Shown: positions 13,801-27,097 of the stretch, one piece after another | Layout of the letters: each line of letters begins with the position of its first letter | How positions within the stretch are numbered: the first letter of the stretch is position 1 | Origin: Balanoglossus misakiensis | Lineage: Eukaryota > Animalia > Hemichordata | NCBI GenBank assembly: GCA_040954595.2 | Contig: CM082585.2 | Coordinates: 2,634,902 to 2,698,901 of the forward strand | DNA: 64,000 nucleotides | Reading direction: 5' to 3' | The notes under the pieces: model-generated | Seen by the model: only the letters and a program-made list of their open reading frames with translations | Database searches by the model: none | Told to the model about the DNA's origin: nothing | Made by a program: the position numbers and the translations under genes

Positions 13801-15700
13801 GATATGGAGGAGAGTTCAGATCAATATACAATGTTTCTATATTGGTGCGCTGTATACAAAGAGAAGATAAAACAATATTTTGTTATTGGCAGTATTGTCA
13901 GTCAGTGTTTTTTTTAACCCTTCCACCCCAACTTCCTCTTCAGAGCTCCAACCTTAACATAGAAAACAATGCAGTTGGACTGAACCATTGTGGTGATCAG
14001 GGTAATGTAACCAGGGTTCCCCAGTCATTTTATCAACATTCCTTATGGTACCATAAATGCAGTCATATTAATGGTAAGACAGGTGTTACATGGGGTTTCA
14101 AAATCACTTATTGCTCCACCCCCCCCCCAAAAATAGCCAAAATATTGTCAGCGTTATCCAAATTCTTATTTCACACCTGTTACAACTAACAAGGTATCTG
14201 TCGCAGTCATTTTATGCTCTTTTAGTATCCAGGATCTATTGTCGATGATATAATCATCTCTGATCAGACTAGATTGCATGTATAGCTCAACAGAATAATA
14301 TTGAAGGTCAGAATGCTTTTGATGAGGAAACAAAACACCAACTGCGAGAGTATATCTTCTTCAGAAAATACCATCATTTTTATGTTAGTCAAGATACTTT
14401 GCAACTGGTGTATTGTTCTCTCATCAAAAGCATTCTGACCTTCAATATTACTGTAAAACGGATTATTTTCGTGACAGGAAATTTTCGCGATATTAAAAGA
14501 GGCAACTGTTATGCGAGGATTAATTTTCATGTTCTTGTATTTCATTGCATCTTTATCTCCGAAAAACATTTTACGCAACTTTTTATTTTCACATTTTGTT
14601 GGCTCTCGCCTATTTCGCAAAAATTAATTGCTTGCGAAAATAACCCGTTTTACACACAGGTGCAAGCTTTCTCTTATTGTAAGTATGGCAGAGAAAGTTT
14701 TGGCTGCTGTCAAAATTTTCTGACAAAGACATCCAGAAGGATTATGAAACTGAAAATGTTGATAATACAGTGAAACCTGTCAATTAATACAGACATCTCT
14801 CTAATCAGGACACCTCTCTATTAAGGAAAGATTGTTCAAGACAAGAGTAATGGTTTGAATAGAATATTACATGCACATTTCTGTTAAAGGGACAAATTCT
14901 CTCTCTCGCTGCCCTTTTTAGGTCCCATTGGTATAGGCCTATATACCATGGGACCTTATGGGATTGGTTGCGTCTGTATGTATGTATGTATGGATGGATG
15001 TATGGATGTATGTCCGTCCACATCAAAAACTTGAAAACCACTGTGTGTATCACCTTGATATTTGGTGTGCAGATGCAGGCTGGGCTGTAAATGGGAGTTT
15101 GTTCAAATGAAGTTGTCGTTGCCAAAAATATGCAAATTAGCTGGAAAAATGTGAATTTAGTCAAAACTCAGTAACTCAAGAACTACTGGTCAGATTGCTT
15201 TGCGAAGTGGTGTGTATTTACTTATTGAGTTGTTTATATACACAGGAAATTCCTGAATGATTACATAACTGGCTAAGTTTTAAAGAGGCCAGCTGTTCTA
15301 TTTAGTGTATGTATAGTACATATGCCATTGGCAGCTCATGGGTCACCGGTCAGTCAGTGTTTGCCCATTGATCTCTTGCTAAGTGTGTGTGTGTGTGTGT
15401 GTGTGTGTCTGTCAGTATATCGCCATGTACTCCGGTGTAGACTTTTTCTTGTGTATTCCCTCAATGGGACCACTGTGTCCTTGACGCGATTTTTTCCATT
15501 ATGTTTGATACAAGAGACATTTTATATTAATGTACATGTGTATATGTAGTTAATGAACGTTCAACCATACACAATTTCCATCCCACTTGAATGATATGAG
15601 CATAAAAACTCGCATAAAATGAATAAATGATAGAGACCGATTATTGGCGTGTGTTTTTTATCACTCTGGTGGCTACAAGCAGGGTTGAAGTTGTGTGTGG
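1880..15700. repeat. Tandem segmental triplication (~4.5-kb unit): copies ~1880-6391, 6392-10923, 10924-~15700
   Basis: Identical ORF-track entries offset by exactly 4532 bp (3212/7744, 4940/9472, 6212/10744). About 2240-6930 versus 6772-11462 differ at only a handful of bases. The third copy is clearly more diverged, with indels and a nested insertion. Confidence 0.95.
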
Positions 15701-15805
15701 TGAAACATTGATTCACTATATATCCACATGTAGAATAACAGAAATGGTGCCCTGTAACAAACCTAATTCATGGAAAAGGGGCAGCGAGAGAGAGAATTTG
15801 TCCCT
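14888..15805. mobile_element. TTAA-flanked non-autonomous DNA transposon (Kolobok-like MITE); partial copies at ~6148-6391, ~10680-10923, ~32740-33068, ~46975-47170, ~62270-62390
   Basis: ttaa|AGGGACAAATTCTCTCTCTCGCTGCCCTTTT ... AAAAGGGGCAGCGAGAGAGAGAATTTGTCCCT|ttaa: a ~30-bp TIR with TTAA on both sides. AG..CT ends plus TTAA match Kolobok rules (family is inference). Confidence 0.8.
14920..15489 (+). mobile_element. Helentron-associated (HINE/DINE-1-like) element inserted in a T-run; related copy in opposite orientation at ~17590-18472
   Basis: Absent from the two paralogous copies, which read gccctttttt ccattatg. Starts aggtcccat..atgggacct (subterminal IR) followed by a (gtat/ggat)n/gtcc microsatellite. 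The reverse complement of this end lies at 18310-18472. Confidence 0.6.
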
Positions 15806-15809
15806 TTAA

Positions 15810-16148
15810 CCCTATTGCTACCGGGTGTCATAACCCGTTAGAGTCTCAAGTCCATATAGATACGTATCATCACTTGAATACGTATTTAGACAGTGTTGGT
15901 TTCTTTGATTAGCTGCCATGTGTGTATTTAGACAGGGTCGTTTGCCTCAATCTAGCTGTATCCACTGTTTATGATCATCTTGGCCTGATCAAATTACCCA
16001 GCAGAGGCGGTTTAGTATGTACTCAGCTGTTCAAATATTTGACATTACACATTCTGATACCAATTCATTTCTCCACAGTCAAGTATGCCCGGGATTCTAG
16101 GGGGGTAGGAAAATAACTACGTTTCCTACTGACTTGGCACTGTTAGGG
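15810..16148. mobile_element. piggyBac-like MITE
   Basis: ttaa|CCCTA ... TAGGG|ttaa; shares its left TTAA with the Kolobok-like MITE end. Confidence 0.5.
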
Positions 16149-16626
16149 TTAAGGACACCTCTCTATTAAGGACACATTTTGTGGTCCCAGAGGTGTCCTT
16201 CCTAGGCAGGTTTCAATGTACTTCACATGTCAGTTGTACTCCACTGTCTGTATGGAATCATTTCCTGGTTGACATGGTGAGCTTTACAAAAACAGATAAA
16301 CCACCAAAAAAAGTCAGGGCCATATGTAGAGAATGATCTTGAAACTCAGAATTTTACCATAATTACCTTGAATATCGTAAACTCTTCATATCGTCAAATA
16401 ACTGCAATGCAGTACTCAGACCTTCAGAAATCATACCATATTTCTCACCTGCTCCTGACAACAATCTGAAATACAACAACAATCATTTAACAAAAGGTAT
16501 ATGTAAACAACGTCTACTCTGATTGTAGACAGATTTGATTAAACATTTTATGAAACATTTAAAGGTAGGAACCTCTAATAAAAGCAAGTGAGTCAAAAGT
16601 CAAAAAGAGCGACTTTGTCCCTTTAA

Positions 16627-16711
16627 CCCTTTCACCCCAAGTTCCTTCTATACAGGTCAAACCTTTTCATAGAAAACAATGGGTTTGGACTGAACCTTGG
16701 TTGTGAAAGGG
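16627..16711. mobile_element. Mini piggyBac-like MITE (85 bp)
   Basis: ttaa|CCCTTTCAC ... GTGAAAGGG|ttaa: 9-bp perfect TIR, TTAA on both sides. Confidence 0.65.
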
Positions 16712-19670
16712 TTAATGGGCTTCCATAATTAGTGTTCTTTAAAATTAGAGGGTTATTACACTAAATTTGGTGAGAACAATAGAAAGTGGCAAATACAGGC
16801 TCTGCATGTATGATACTAATGACAATTACCCTTCTGCTTTACAATCATCACCATTAAGCTATATTGATTGTATCCGCATCAGTTTATCATCTTTTGCTAA
16901 TGCATAACACGACTGTTGTGTACTCTTTGAATGGAGGCTGATTAAATCGGTGTGACACCCATTTAAAATAACACTAAATAACGCAAAACTACAATGTGTG
17001 CGGGCAAATATTTTGTCACATGCGCGCAAAAAAAATCCATTGAAAGATAACAGCGGGCGAGGCTATCTGGGGCGCCTTGTCAAGGTTGGCCGGTCAGGCG
17101 CCCTGTACACATGTACGCGTACGCGCGCTTGTATGCTGTAGCAGGACGCACAGTGATGTACGTGCGGTAACCTAGGCCACAAACTTGACACGTGTCAGGG
17201 CTATAATTTATGCACACAGAAGCCATTAGATATAACAAAGCAAGTAGGGCTTCTGGGTCATTTTCCTTGATGATATAACACAAGAATTCCATACCTTGTC
17301 TGTACTAATACGTATTGGGGGGGGGGACCACTGTACACAGTCTCTTTCATGATGTTTATGTACTTTATTCGCTACATTCTAAATGATATTTTTTGTGTTG
17401 GGCCATCTAGACATGAAGGTAGAACTCATTCAAGTATGTTTATCTGAAAGCCTGCTTGTCTATCGCTATTTTGTTGCACGTAATTCAAATACAATTTCAC
17501 GAAAAAAAATTGGCTCTTTGTGTGCACTGCGCGTAAAAAATAAAATATCAAGCGCAAGCCCAGTAGAAATTCCAAATTACCTATGATATGATTTCATAAT
17601 AATTCTAAAGAAGCCAATCCCATTAACTTACAAGTCAAATTTATAGAAATCAGCCATACAGTGTACACTTTCTGAGAAATATAATTTTTTATCAAAATTG
17701 GTAAATATACCCCCAAAATACAAGACATTGCCCCCACAAAACATTGACACTTTCATCATAGGTTTTGTAAATCATCATGACAACTCACCATGGAACCTTC
17801 AAATCAAATTTCAAAGCAATGGGGTAGAGGGTTCTGAGAAAGAGTTTTGACCAAAAATGGCAAAAATCACCCCAAAAATATACTATTGAATTCTACAAGT
17901 TGATTTGACAAACACACATCTCTATGCCTACCAAATTTCAAAGCAATCTGACAAGTGGTTTTACAGAAAAAAAATTGATCAAAAAGGCAAAATTTGCACC
18001 AAAATTATAAATTTGCAAATTTTGCAGCAAATTTAAACAAAACTTTGATAACTCACATCACCTATATGAAGCCCCATACTAAATTTCAAAGAAGTCAGAT
18101 CATCAATTCCAGAAAAGTAGATTTTTTACCAAAAATGTGGAAAAAGACAAAAAAAATACATAAATTATAGAAAATTCAAACTATTAGTTCAAAACATACA
18201 CAACTGTGTGAGGTTAATATAAGGTACATGCATACCAATTTTCAAATCAATATGACCAGTGGTTGTTGAGTTTCTGAGTTTTGGCCAAATTTACGTTTTT
18301 CCCAACAACTTCATTTGAACAAACTCCCATCTACAGCCCTGCCTGCATCTGCACACCTAATATCGAGGTTATATGCTCAGCGGTTTTCAAGTTTTTGATG
18401 TGAACGGACATACATCCATACAGACGCAACCGATCTCATAAGGTACCACCAGTATGTACAAATGGGACCTAAAGATATTTGGGTGCAACTTGTAGACTGC
18501 ATCATATATATATTGTGTTGTCGCCCAAATTGTGTGTGTGTGTGTGTGTGTGAGGGGGGGGGGGGGTTCCCAATGTGCCCTTCCTATGATATCTGCAATA
18601 ATTGTAGCCTAGATGGGATGATTGATCAAGCCCATAAGCGATCAACCAGCCCACCAAAGCTACAATTATTGCACCTATTCCTATAATAGCTGGATCCATA
18701 GGGTAAACTGTACAAAACAAATAAGTGTCAGTATAAAATGTGGTAACTTTTGGCGTTTGTTTCTTCCCACTGAATTTCGACATCGCAAAGTGATTTCAGA
18801 TGTCAGTTTATATTTATAATAACATTGCTGCCACTAAGAAATATGAATGAAGTTGCACAGTTCATATAAACATTACACCACTGGCAACTGTGCTATATCA
18901 TGCCACTTTTATGACCCCTTTTGACCTCTACATCCTGGCTTTTTGTCGGTGTGTGAGTATACAATTTCGAGTTTACCAACCATGCTATTGAATCAATGCA
19001 TTTTTTCTCATCCTTGAACAAAACTGGTGAACATTGCCTGTTAGAAAAGAATAGCTGTTCAACATTGAATGATGAATGATGTCAAACCAACAAATCACCA
19101 GGATGTAAGGTCACACAGGGGTCATGAAAGAGGCCTGTAAGATACTCTTGTTCTCTGCCCACTTTCTAACCCTGCTGTCACTACCAGCAGCAGGAATGGG
19201 ACAGGGGACCAGGCTATATCTATAGGACTGTTTGCTAACATTAAGTGTGTTTACTTGAGTAAGTTGGGTACTATGATAGGAATTGTCACCATTACTGTAG
19301 GGGGAGACATGAGTCTACCTGGTTGATTTATATTTTACATGTTGTGCTTAGATTAATAGAAATAATTGATGCATGGTTACTTAGGAACACTTCCATAACT
19401 AGTCTGCATTTTGCCTCTGCCAAATAGTAAAGAAAACACATCAGAGAATAGGCAGAGTAGAAACTAAACTGCACTCTCCTAAATATAAAATGGTTTACCC
19501 CTAAGTCTAATGTGATGCATAGTGTGATTCAATTTGTGTCAATAAAATTGCAACCACATCAGTGTTCAGTGAAAACAGTATGTGACATACTTTTCAACCT
19601 GACCAAATCTATTAGAAACACATTTTTTAAAGAAATTGTTTTAAAGGGGCAGCTGCTATGACATTTGGGA

Positions 19671-20131
19671 TTAATAGAATCTCACACTCCCAGGGACCTG
19701 GGATCGTATTTGTCACAAGAGTTGGGGATTTTCTGTCCCACACTCGCCTGCGGCTCGTGTGGGACAAAATATCCCCGACGAGTGTGAGAAATACGATCCC
19801 AGGTCCTTGGTGTGTGAGATTATTTTTCTCACACGGTCACAAATTAGCCAAATTCGTTAAAACATTGAATAAATGACTCTGGAACTGTCGTCTGGGGGCA
19901 CGTTATAGTTCTGTGCCTGTAATACACATCGCGCCATTGGATAACATTTAGTGCGCGAAGAGAAAGAACTCTTTGTCAACCAATCAGCGCTCGCGTCATA
20001 TACAGCTTTCGATTCAGTGAGAGTTTGAGAATAATAGAATCTCACACTCCCAAGGACCTGAGATCGTATTTCTCACACTCGTCGGGGATATCCTATCCCA
20101 CACTCCCAGCGGCCAGGAGTGTGAGAAATTA
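19671..20131. mobile_element. Long-hairpin non-autonomous element (Crypton-like, inference)
   Basis: ~140-bp imperfect palindrome 19678-19821 (loop gcctgcggc), plus a second copy of the left arm at ~20033-20105. Confidence 0.55.
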
Positions 20132-20135
20132 AATA

Positions 20136-20312
20136 CAGTAAAACCTGTCTGAACCGAACACTGAAGGCACTGAAGAAATTGTTCAGTTTACAGACATTTC
20201 CAGTTTGTAAAGGTTCTTTTAACATGTGATTCTATGTCGAAGGTACTGAAAAGGTGTTCAGTATAGACAGGTTTCCAGATTAGACAGGGTTTGGTTTTGA
20301 CAGGTTTTACTG
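20136..20312. mobile_element. Tigger/pogo-like MITE
   Basis: ta|CAGTAAAACCTGTC ... GACAGGTTTTACTG: 14-bp TIR. Confidence 0.65.
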
Positions 20313-21572
20313 GAGGTTGAAAATTAATTCTATGTGGCCACTTAAGATTCTTGTGCTACTCCCAACAATATGTTGAAACCCACAATTGATGTATAAAATA
20401 CCATCCACTAAATATTTAAATGTCACCAAAAACATTTTACTATAAATAAATACATATATTCTATAAAAACATATTTTTTAGACATGTTGCATATTTACGT
20501 AACAGTAGTAAAAAACTGTGAATGATAACATTACACATTCACGGGCTATGTTGACAAGTGAAGTATAAATGGGTATATTAGCATGCTGTTTGGAGTAGAA
20601 CAAGAAATTCCCATTGATACTCAGAACAAAAATATATGTACATCAATTAAAGCCAAAAGTTACAGCTAATGTCCCGTTAAGTGCATTGTAATTCAGAAAA
20701 CTTCTGGAGCAGTGAATAAATCCTACTATTCCTAGTCTATCAGAAGTTTTTTTCATTTTAAAAATCAAGCTAGTTGCTTTAAAAAAAATGAGACACTACT
20801 TTGTACAATAGTTATGACAGCTTGCATTCACACAGATTTGAGCCAGACATCTCAAAGCGTTAACAAAAAAACATAGAGCATACTGTTTTTTCGAAGGTAA
20901 TTTAAATTGCTTGTTACGTGATAGTAGTGAAAACAATGGTGACATTGAAGTAACCGAAATGTTCTCCTATATCAAGCTTTCAGAGATAATTAACAGAGAA
21001 ATGTTTATTTCAAAAAGTGAATGTCTTATTTTTTAGCTTATACAGTCACAGTATGTAATAGAGGGACTGTGATATAGTGCACTGGTTTGGCTGTTGTTTC
21101 ACTACAGATTTTTGTGGTGGGGGTCACGGGTGGGTCTATGATGGGGGAAACCAGCATAGAACCCCCCCCCACCCTCCCCCTAGCTGTGTTTCCATAGAGA
21201 TAATGTAGTACTAAATGTGACATTATTATATGACTCAGAAGGTCACATAGCTCTGCGTACAGGTCTGTGTGTTCCCGGCTGTATGCAGAGCTAAAGGTCA
21301 CACAGAGAAACCACACGACAGAGATCTCACCATCTCAAAAAGCTGACTCTGAAAAGCATGTAAAAGAATTAAGACTGGCTTACCTGTAGGAGGACCTGTG
21401 TCACACATCTCTGCCCGCCAAGGTCTTGCCAACGACCCTGGCGATGTCTGTCATCTAGTCTTGCTCCAAGCGATGCTAATCACACTGGCGGCGCGTCGTA
21501 CTCATGTTCCTTTCCTTTATCGACAGGCACAGCGACTGCCATAAAGCCAAGTCATCACCGGACTCATCATAT

Positions 21573-24500
21573 TAGTCCATGGGCCAGACAGGAATTTGGT
21601 ATCAGAAAGATGGACAAAGCCTCATGTGGTTTTTTGGAAAGGCCTATATCTCTAGATTATAAATTGGGGTGATAGCCCTGCCTATCGAGTAGCTTTCTGC
21701 ATTTTTTCCCTCAAAAACTAATGTAAGAACATAAAAATTTCCGACCCAAATTTTGGGGGTAGGGGAACTTTAAATTGCTGTATCTCCAGCAAAACTAAAG
21801 CCAGAACAGTCATTTACCACTCAAATTGTGTGTTTTTTAGAACTCTACCAATATAATATATTTTGGTGGTAATTCGTTTTGAATTAAGGTCAATAGAGGT
21901 CAAAAGGTCATGAAATTTGGGTCATTCTGAAAATTTGTAGTATGACTATTTCTTGAACGATAGTTTTGAACTTAAGTCTTTAAATGTCATTTACAAGATA
22001 AAATACTCTCCCAGAATCTATTTCAAACCAATAGAAAACCTTATTATTCATTTATGACCAGAAAAACACAAATAAAGAGAAACGACAGAAAGACATCCAA
22101 TTTTCCACTCAGATTTAAGGGTAGGGGAAACTTAAGTTCTTGTATCTCCGGCAAAAATAAACCCAGAACAGTCATCTACCACTCAAATTGTGTGTTTTTA
22201 GAACTCTACCAATATAATATATTTTGGTGGTAATTCGTTTTGAATTAAGGCCAATAGAGGTCAAAAGGTCATGAAATTTGGGTCATTCTGAACATTTGTA
22301 GTATGACTATTTCTTGAACGATTTTTTTTAACTTAAGTCTTTAAATGTCATTTAGAAGATAAAATACTCTCCCAGAATCTATTTCAAACCAATAAAAAAC
22401 CCTATTATTCAATTACGATCAGAAAAACACAAATACAGAGATACGGAAGAATGGCACAAGACTTCAGACCCTGATATTGGGGTAGGGGAAACTTAAGTAG
22501 TTGTAACTCCGGCAAAAATAAAGCCAGAACAGTCATCTACCTCTCAAATTGTGTGTTTTTTTTGCACTCTAGCGATTGTATATGTATTTGTTGCAATTTT
22601 GTTCTGAATTTAGGTCAAAGAGGTCAAAAGATCACAAGATTTGGGTAATTTCGAAATATTATGGTACGAACATTTCCCGCATTAATTGTTTAAACCCAAG
22701 TCTTCAAATGTCATTTATGAGATAAAATACTCTATACCATTTTTTTTCCGGACCAATTTAAGACCTTATTATTCAATTAAAATCAGAAAAAAAAATTAGT
22801 AGAGAAACGGGATAATAAAAAACAATTCCCACGGATTTTGGGGTAGGTTTGGCCATCTAACAGGTAAGTATACACCCAACTGATCATGCACATATGGTGT
22901 TTAGGAGAACGGATGTGCAGATTTGTGAACCTTTGCATGCTGCTCATGTGCACGGTACTTGTATGATGATTCCTAACAATACTACGAGAAGGGGCCATTA
23001 TAGCATTGTAGCTCTGATTGTGTATTATTGTTGGATACCATCCTACAGTGTACAGGCACAGCAGATGACAAGCCATTCAAAAATCTGCTTATTTTTTTTC
23101 CTCAACACAATATGACCAACTCACGACTGAGAAGTGCACGAATTTTACTGTCATTTTTTCTTGTTACTGCCTCCCTTAATGTGTTGTCCGCACGCAATTG
23201 ATGACAACGAACTAAAGGAGCTCTTGTCCTACTTCCCTTCATGTACTTGGTGGTGGAGCAAAATATGCAAATATGATCGTACACCCGAGACCCTTGTATG
23301 CTCGACCTCTTTTCACGTTCCAGTGTATTGGTTCCCTCAGTTGATGACGACTGCTCTTTAGAAAGGATAGATTCAAGAGCCTTTTTCATCGTAAAGAGAC
23401 TTCGGCATTTCCGATGGCACTGCACCTGAGGAATTTCACCTTCGCCCAAACCAATGGCGAGGTCCTGAATTGGTTTGTATTTTTGTATGTTAGCTGTATT
23501 CAGCAAAGTTATCCAGAAGGCGTGATCTTGTAGAGTGACGAGGCTTGCTTTATGGTCGGATTCATGACAGTCGAGAAAACAATCCCGTCGAGCCCTCTTG
23601 TGTGGAATAGAAGATGGGTTTGCCATTTTTTATTTATTATAGTAGACCTGAATATAAATAGATCATGCTCATATTGTGTTGAGGAAAAAAAATAAGCAGA
23701 TTTTTGAACCTTTGCTTGACTTGTCATCTGCTGTGCCTGTACACTGTAGGATGGTATCCAACAATAATACACAATCAGAGCTACAATGCTATAATGGCCC
23801 CTTCTCGTAGTATTGTTAGGAATCATCATACAAGTACAGTGCACATGAGCAGCATGCAAAGGTTCACAAATCTGCACATCCGTTCTCCTAAACACCATAT
23901 GTGCATGATCAGTTGGGTGTATACTTACCTGTTAGATGGCCAAACCTACCCCAAAATCCGTGGGAATTGTTTGTTATTATCCAGTTTCTCTACTAATTTT
24001 TTTCTGACTTTAATTGAATAATAAGGTCTTCAATTGGTCTGAAAAAAATCGTGTAGAGTATTTTATCTCATAAATGGCATTTGAAGACTTGGGTTTAAAA
24101 AATTAATGCGGGAAATGTTCGTACCATAATTTTTCGAAATTACCCAAATCTTGTGATCTTTTGACCTCTTTGACCTAAATTCAAAATAAAATTGCAACAA
24201 ATACATATTACAATCGGTAGAGTGCTAAAAAACACACAATTTGAGAGGTAGATGACTGCTCTGGCTTTATTTTGACCGGAGTTACAACTACTTAAGTTTC
24301 CCCTACCCCAATATCAGGGTCTGAAGTCTTGTGTCATTCTTCCGTATCTCTGTATTTGTGTTTTTCTGATCGTAATTGAATAATAGGTTTTTTATTGGTT
24401 TGAAATAGATTCTGGGAGAGTATTTTATCTTCTAAATGACATTTAAAGACTTAAGTTAAAAAAAATCGTTCAAGAAATAGTCATACTACAAATGTTCAGA

Positions 24501-25225
24501 ATGACCCAAATTTCATGACCTTTTGACCTCTATTGACCTCAATTCAAAACGAATTACCACCAAAATATATTATATTGGCAGAGTTCTAAAAAACACACAA
24601 TTTGAGTGGTAGATGACTGTTCTGGGTTTATTTTTGCCGGAGTTACAAGAACTTAAGTTTCCCCTACCCTTAAATCTGAGTGGAAAATTGGATGTCTTTC
24701 TGTCGTTTCTCTTTATTTGTGTTTTTCTGGTCATAAATGAATAATAAGGTTTTCTATTGGTTTGAAATAGATTCTGGGAGAGTATTTTATCTTGTAAATG
24801 ACATTTAAAGACTTAAGTTCAAAAAAATCGTTCAAGAAATAGTCATACTACAAATTTTCAGAATGACCCAAATTTCATGACCTTTTGACCTCTACTGACC
24901 TCAATTCAAAACGAATTACCACCAAAATATATTATATTGGTAGAGTTCTAAAAAACACACTATTTGAGTGGTAAATGACTGTTCTGGCTTTAGTTTTGCT
25001 GGAGTTACAGCAATTTAAAGTTCCCCTACCCCCAAAATTTGGGTCGGAAATTTTTATTTTCTTATATTAGTTTTTGAGGGAAAAAATGCAGAAAGCTACT
25101 CGATAGGCAGGGCTATCACCCCAATTCATAATCTAGAGATATAGGCCTTTCCAAAAAACCACATGAGGCTTTGTCCATCTTTCTGATACCAATTCATGAA
25201 AAATCGGGTCCTGGCCCATGGACTA
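21573..25225. mobile_element. Foldback DNA transposon with ~1.55-kb TIRs, Academ-like, internally deleted
   Basis: TAGTCCATGGGCCAG ... CTGGCCCATGGACTA termini with a 3-bp TSD (tat). Arms 21573-23115 and 23669-25225 are near-identical reverse complements, each with ~361-bp subterminal tandem repeats. TAG..CTA ends with a 3-4-bp TSD fit Academ. Confidence 0.85.
23116..23626 (-). pseudogene. N-terminal fragment of an Academ-like transposase
   Basis: ORF MANPSSIPHKR..CHRKCRSLFT..CIFC..PLVRCHQLRADNTLREAV..KNDSKIRALLSRELV has Cys/His clusters and is cut off where it enters the left arm. The family is assigned by recalled motif similarity only. Confidence 0.6.
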
Positions 25226-27097
25226 TATCTGATATACTTCCCTGGCCGGTCGGGGCAACACCGACGTCACGATAAAACGTCGTAGGTCCCGTGGCAACAC
25301 CGTAGCTAAACCCTAATGAGAGAGAATGTCTAGTGATCTGAGTGACGGCAACTGATCCAGGATCTCAATCACTCACCCGGCTTTGTCAGTGTCATGGCTC
25401 TCTCTCTCAACTACAGTGCGACCTGTGATGACGACCACCTCGCAAAGTTCTGCCAAGCGCCGCCGCGTCCCATGTAGAAAGGTTGCGAAACCCTTTGAAA
25501 ACACTGCCAAGAATGCTCCATTATCCGAAATATGTTCTTTCACTGACGTCTCCACTCATGAGAAATTTAAAAAAGGGGCGTAACACGCTGTTGTAAAAGA
25601 TCAGCTGATTCGCGACCTAAACATTCACGATTGACCCTTGACCTAGGATAGTCCTGTACCCTCGATCCAGCGCCAGCTAAGTTGGCGTTGTTAAAATAAT
25701 TATTAGGTAAACAGCCATCACTATAAGCTATAGATGTAATTCAGTAAACCAAAATCTTTAAAAATATATGTTGTCAAGAACAACGTATAGACCAAGGCCA
25801 TGGCCAGAGGTACATCCGAAAAATACCAACTGTACATGGTTATTCTTATATAACCTTTGACCCCGATTTGTAAACAGTGCTGCATGTTTGAAGTATCGCT
25901 CTTAAAAATTGAGATTCACCTGATACAGTGGTTTTAAACCGATGGTGGCAAAGAAGTTTTCCGCGAACATGAAAACAACACAGCTGCAAAATGAAGGTAT
26001 TGTTCTACTGATACATTAAACGCACAACTTAGAATATGTGCCGTTTTAGCCACATGCAGATTGCAGGCACCATGTAGCTCTGCTTGGCATAGTAAAACAC
26101 GTGTCACGTGTTGATCACATGACTTAAATGAAGGCGAACGTCTATGTTTGTATGGGAGGGTCACCAGTTTTACGGCGCTGCATTAACGACGTTTACGATT
26201 CGGCGACAAACACGTCAAGTAGGTTCCCATTTGTGAAATTTTCGTTCGATCTTTATTTCTGACAACATTATGTACATGTTCATGTAGTTTATTGTTTGAA
26301 AATCGGTGTGTATCATTTTGCTCCGCACCCAACGGATTTTCCTATGGATGGCTCCATAGCTGTGGGGACGGAGAGCAGCGTTGACCCAAACAGCGTATAA
26401 GTCCATAGCTATGCTGGGCAGAGCTGTGTGTCTTTACGACGTCACTCCTGTATACGAGATAGAGGGTGGGCGATCTCTTTTACAGTTATTTTCAAAATAT
26501 TGTTTTAAAAAAAATAATATTTATTATCATCATCATCATCATCATCATGATTCCAGCTATTAATTTGCAGTACACGTTCTTGTCTTTTGCCAGAAAGGAA
26601 TGCATTTCTCATATCACCTTACAAACTGCCAGAAATCCAAACAACACCTTTATGATAAAGCCTACAATGAAATGGTGGATGGTACAAATCAAAGATTATG
26701 TGACTGCATGATCCTCTCCACATGATACTTCTCAAAGGATATTAATTTGCTTGGAGGGTGAATGTCTGCTGCTAAGCAACCAATGATGTGGGAGTGATGT
26801 AGAAATCTTTGTGATTTCTCAAAATATAACCATTATTCTAAATTAATATTTCCGTCAATTGGTTTTCAAGCATAATATATACACAACACAACAAATTATA
26901 TTGATATACCATGCCTAAAATATGAAATGGAAAAAATGCAATCAAATGAGTGGCCAAGCAAATTTTTTCAAAATTTTCCATTTAATTAACATTTTGTAAT
27001 AGTTTATATATTTTAGGCTGACTGTGGGTTGATTCTGTCTGTCTTAAACATTCAAGAAAAATTTGTTTGTAAAGTCATTTCAATGCCTGTCTATTAA

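Larger units (their letters stand above)
14768..16218. mobile_element. Tc1/mariner (Tigger/pogo-like) MITE split by nested insertions
   Basis: ta|CAGTGAAACCTG ... CAGGTTTCAATG|ta termini. The internal motif aggacacctctctattaagg occurs on both sides of the nested block. Confidence 0.6.
719..16468 (-). pseudogene. Decayed multi-exon gene for a S/T/P/Q-rich (mucin-like), Cys-rich, EGF-containing protein, partly triplicated
   Basis: AG..GT-bounded exon-like segments on the minus strand: ~1360-1508 (GMQSTMRTGVQSTQPTVPNV..), ~2181-2341 (ATSPPKMTSQHAP..), ~2760-3022 (DATPTIHLLPGRPSQIGSQSPQQ..), ~3666-3864 (EKSVSSGDTKEVAIVKPTT..), ~3950-4153 (Cys-rich HDLCTRSEA.GSYCRE*CSVFCC) and ~4397-4531, repeated in the duplicates. 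They contain in-frame stops and frameshifts. Gene limits are uncertain. Confidence 0.55.

Noticed and set aside
22783-24021. Paired ORFs MVFRRTDVQICEPLH.. and ..CHLLCLYTVGWY..
   Set aside because: Mirror-image chance ORFs produced by the inverted arms of the foldback element.
25373-25583. Possible first exon (minus strand, donor CCGG|gtgagt) in a CpG-rich stretch
   Set aside because: No recognisable coding signal and no way to link it to downstream exons without RNA data.
26381-26563. Poly-His peptide ORF
   Set aside because: Translation of a (cat)n microsatellite.
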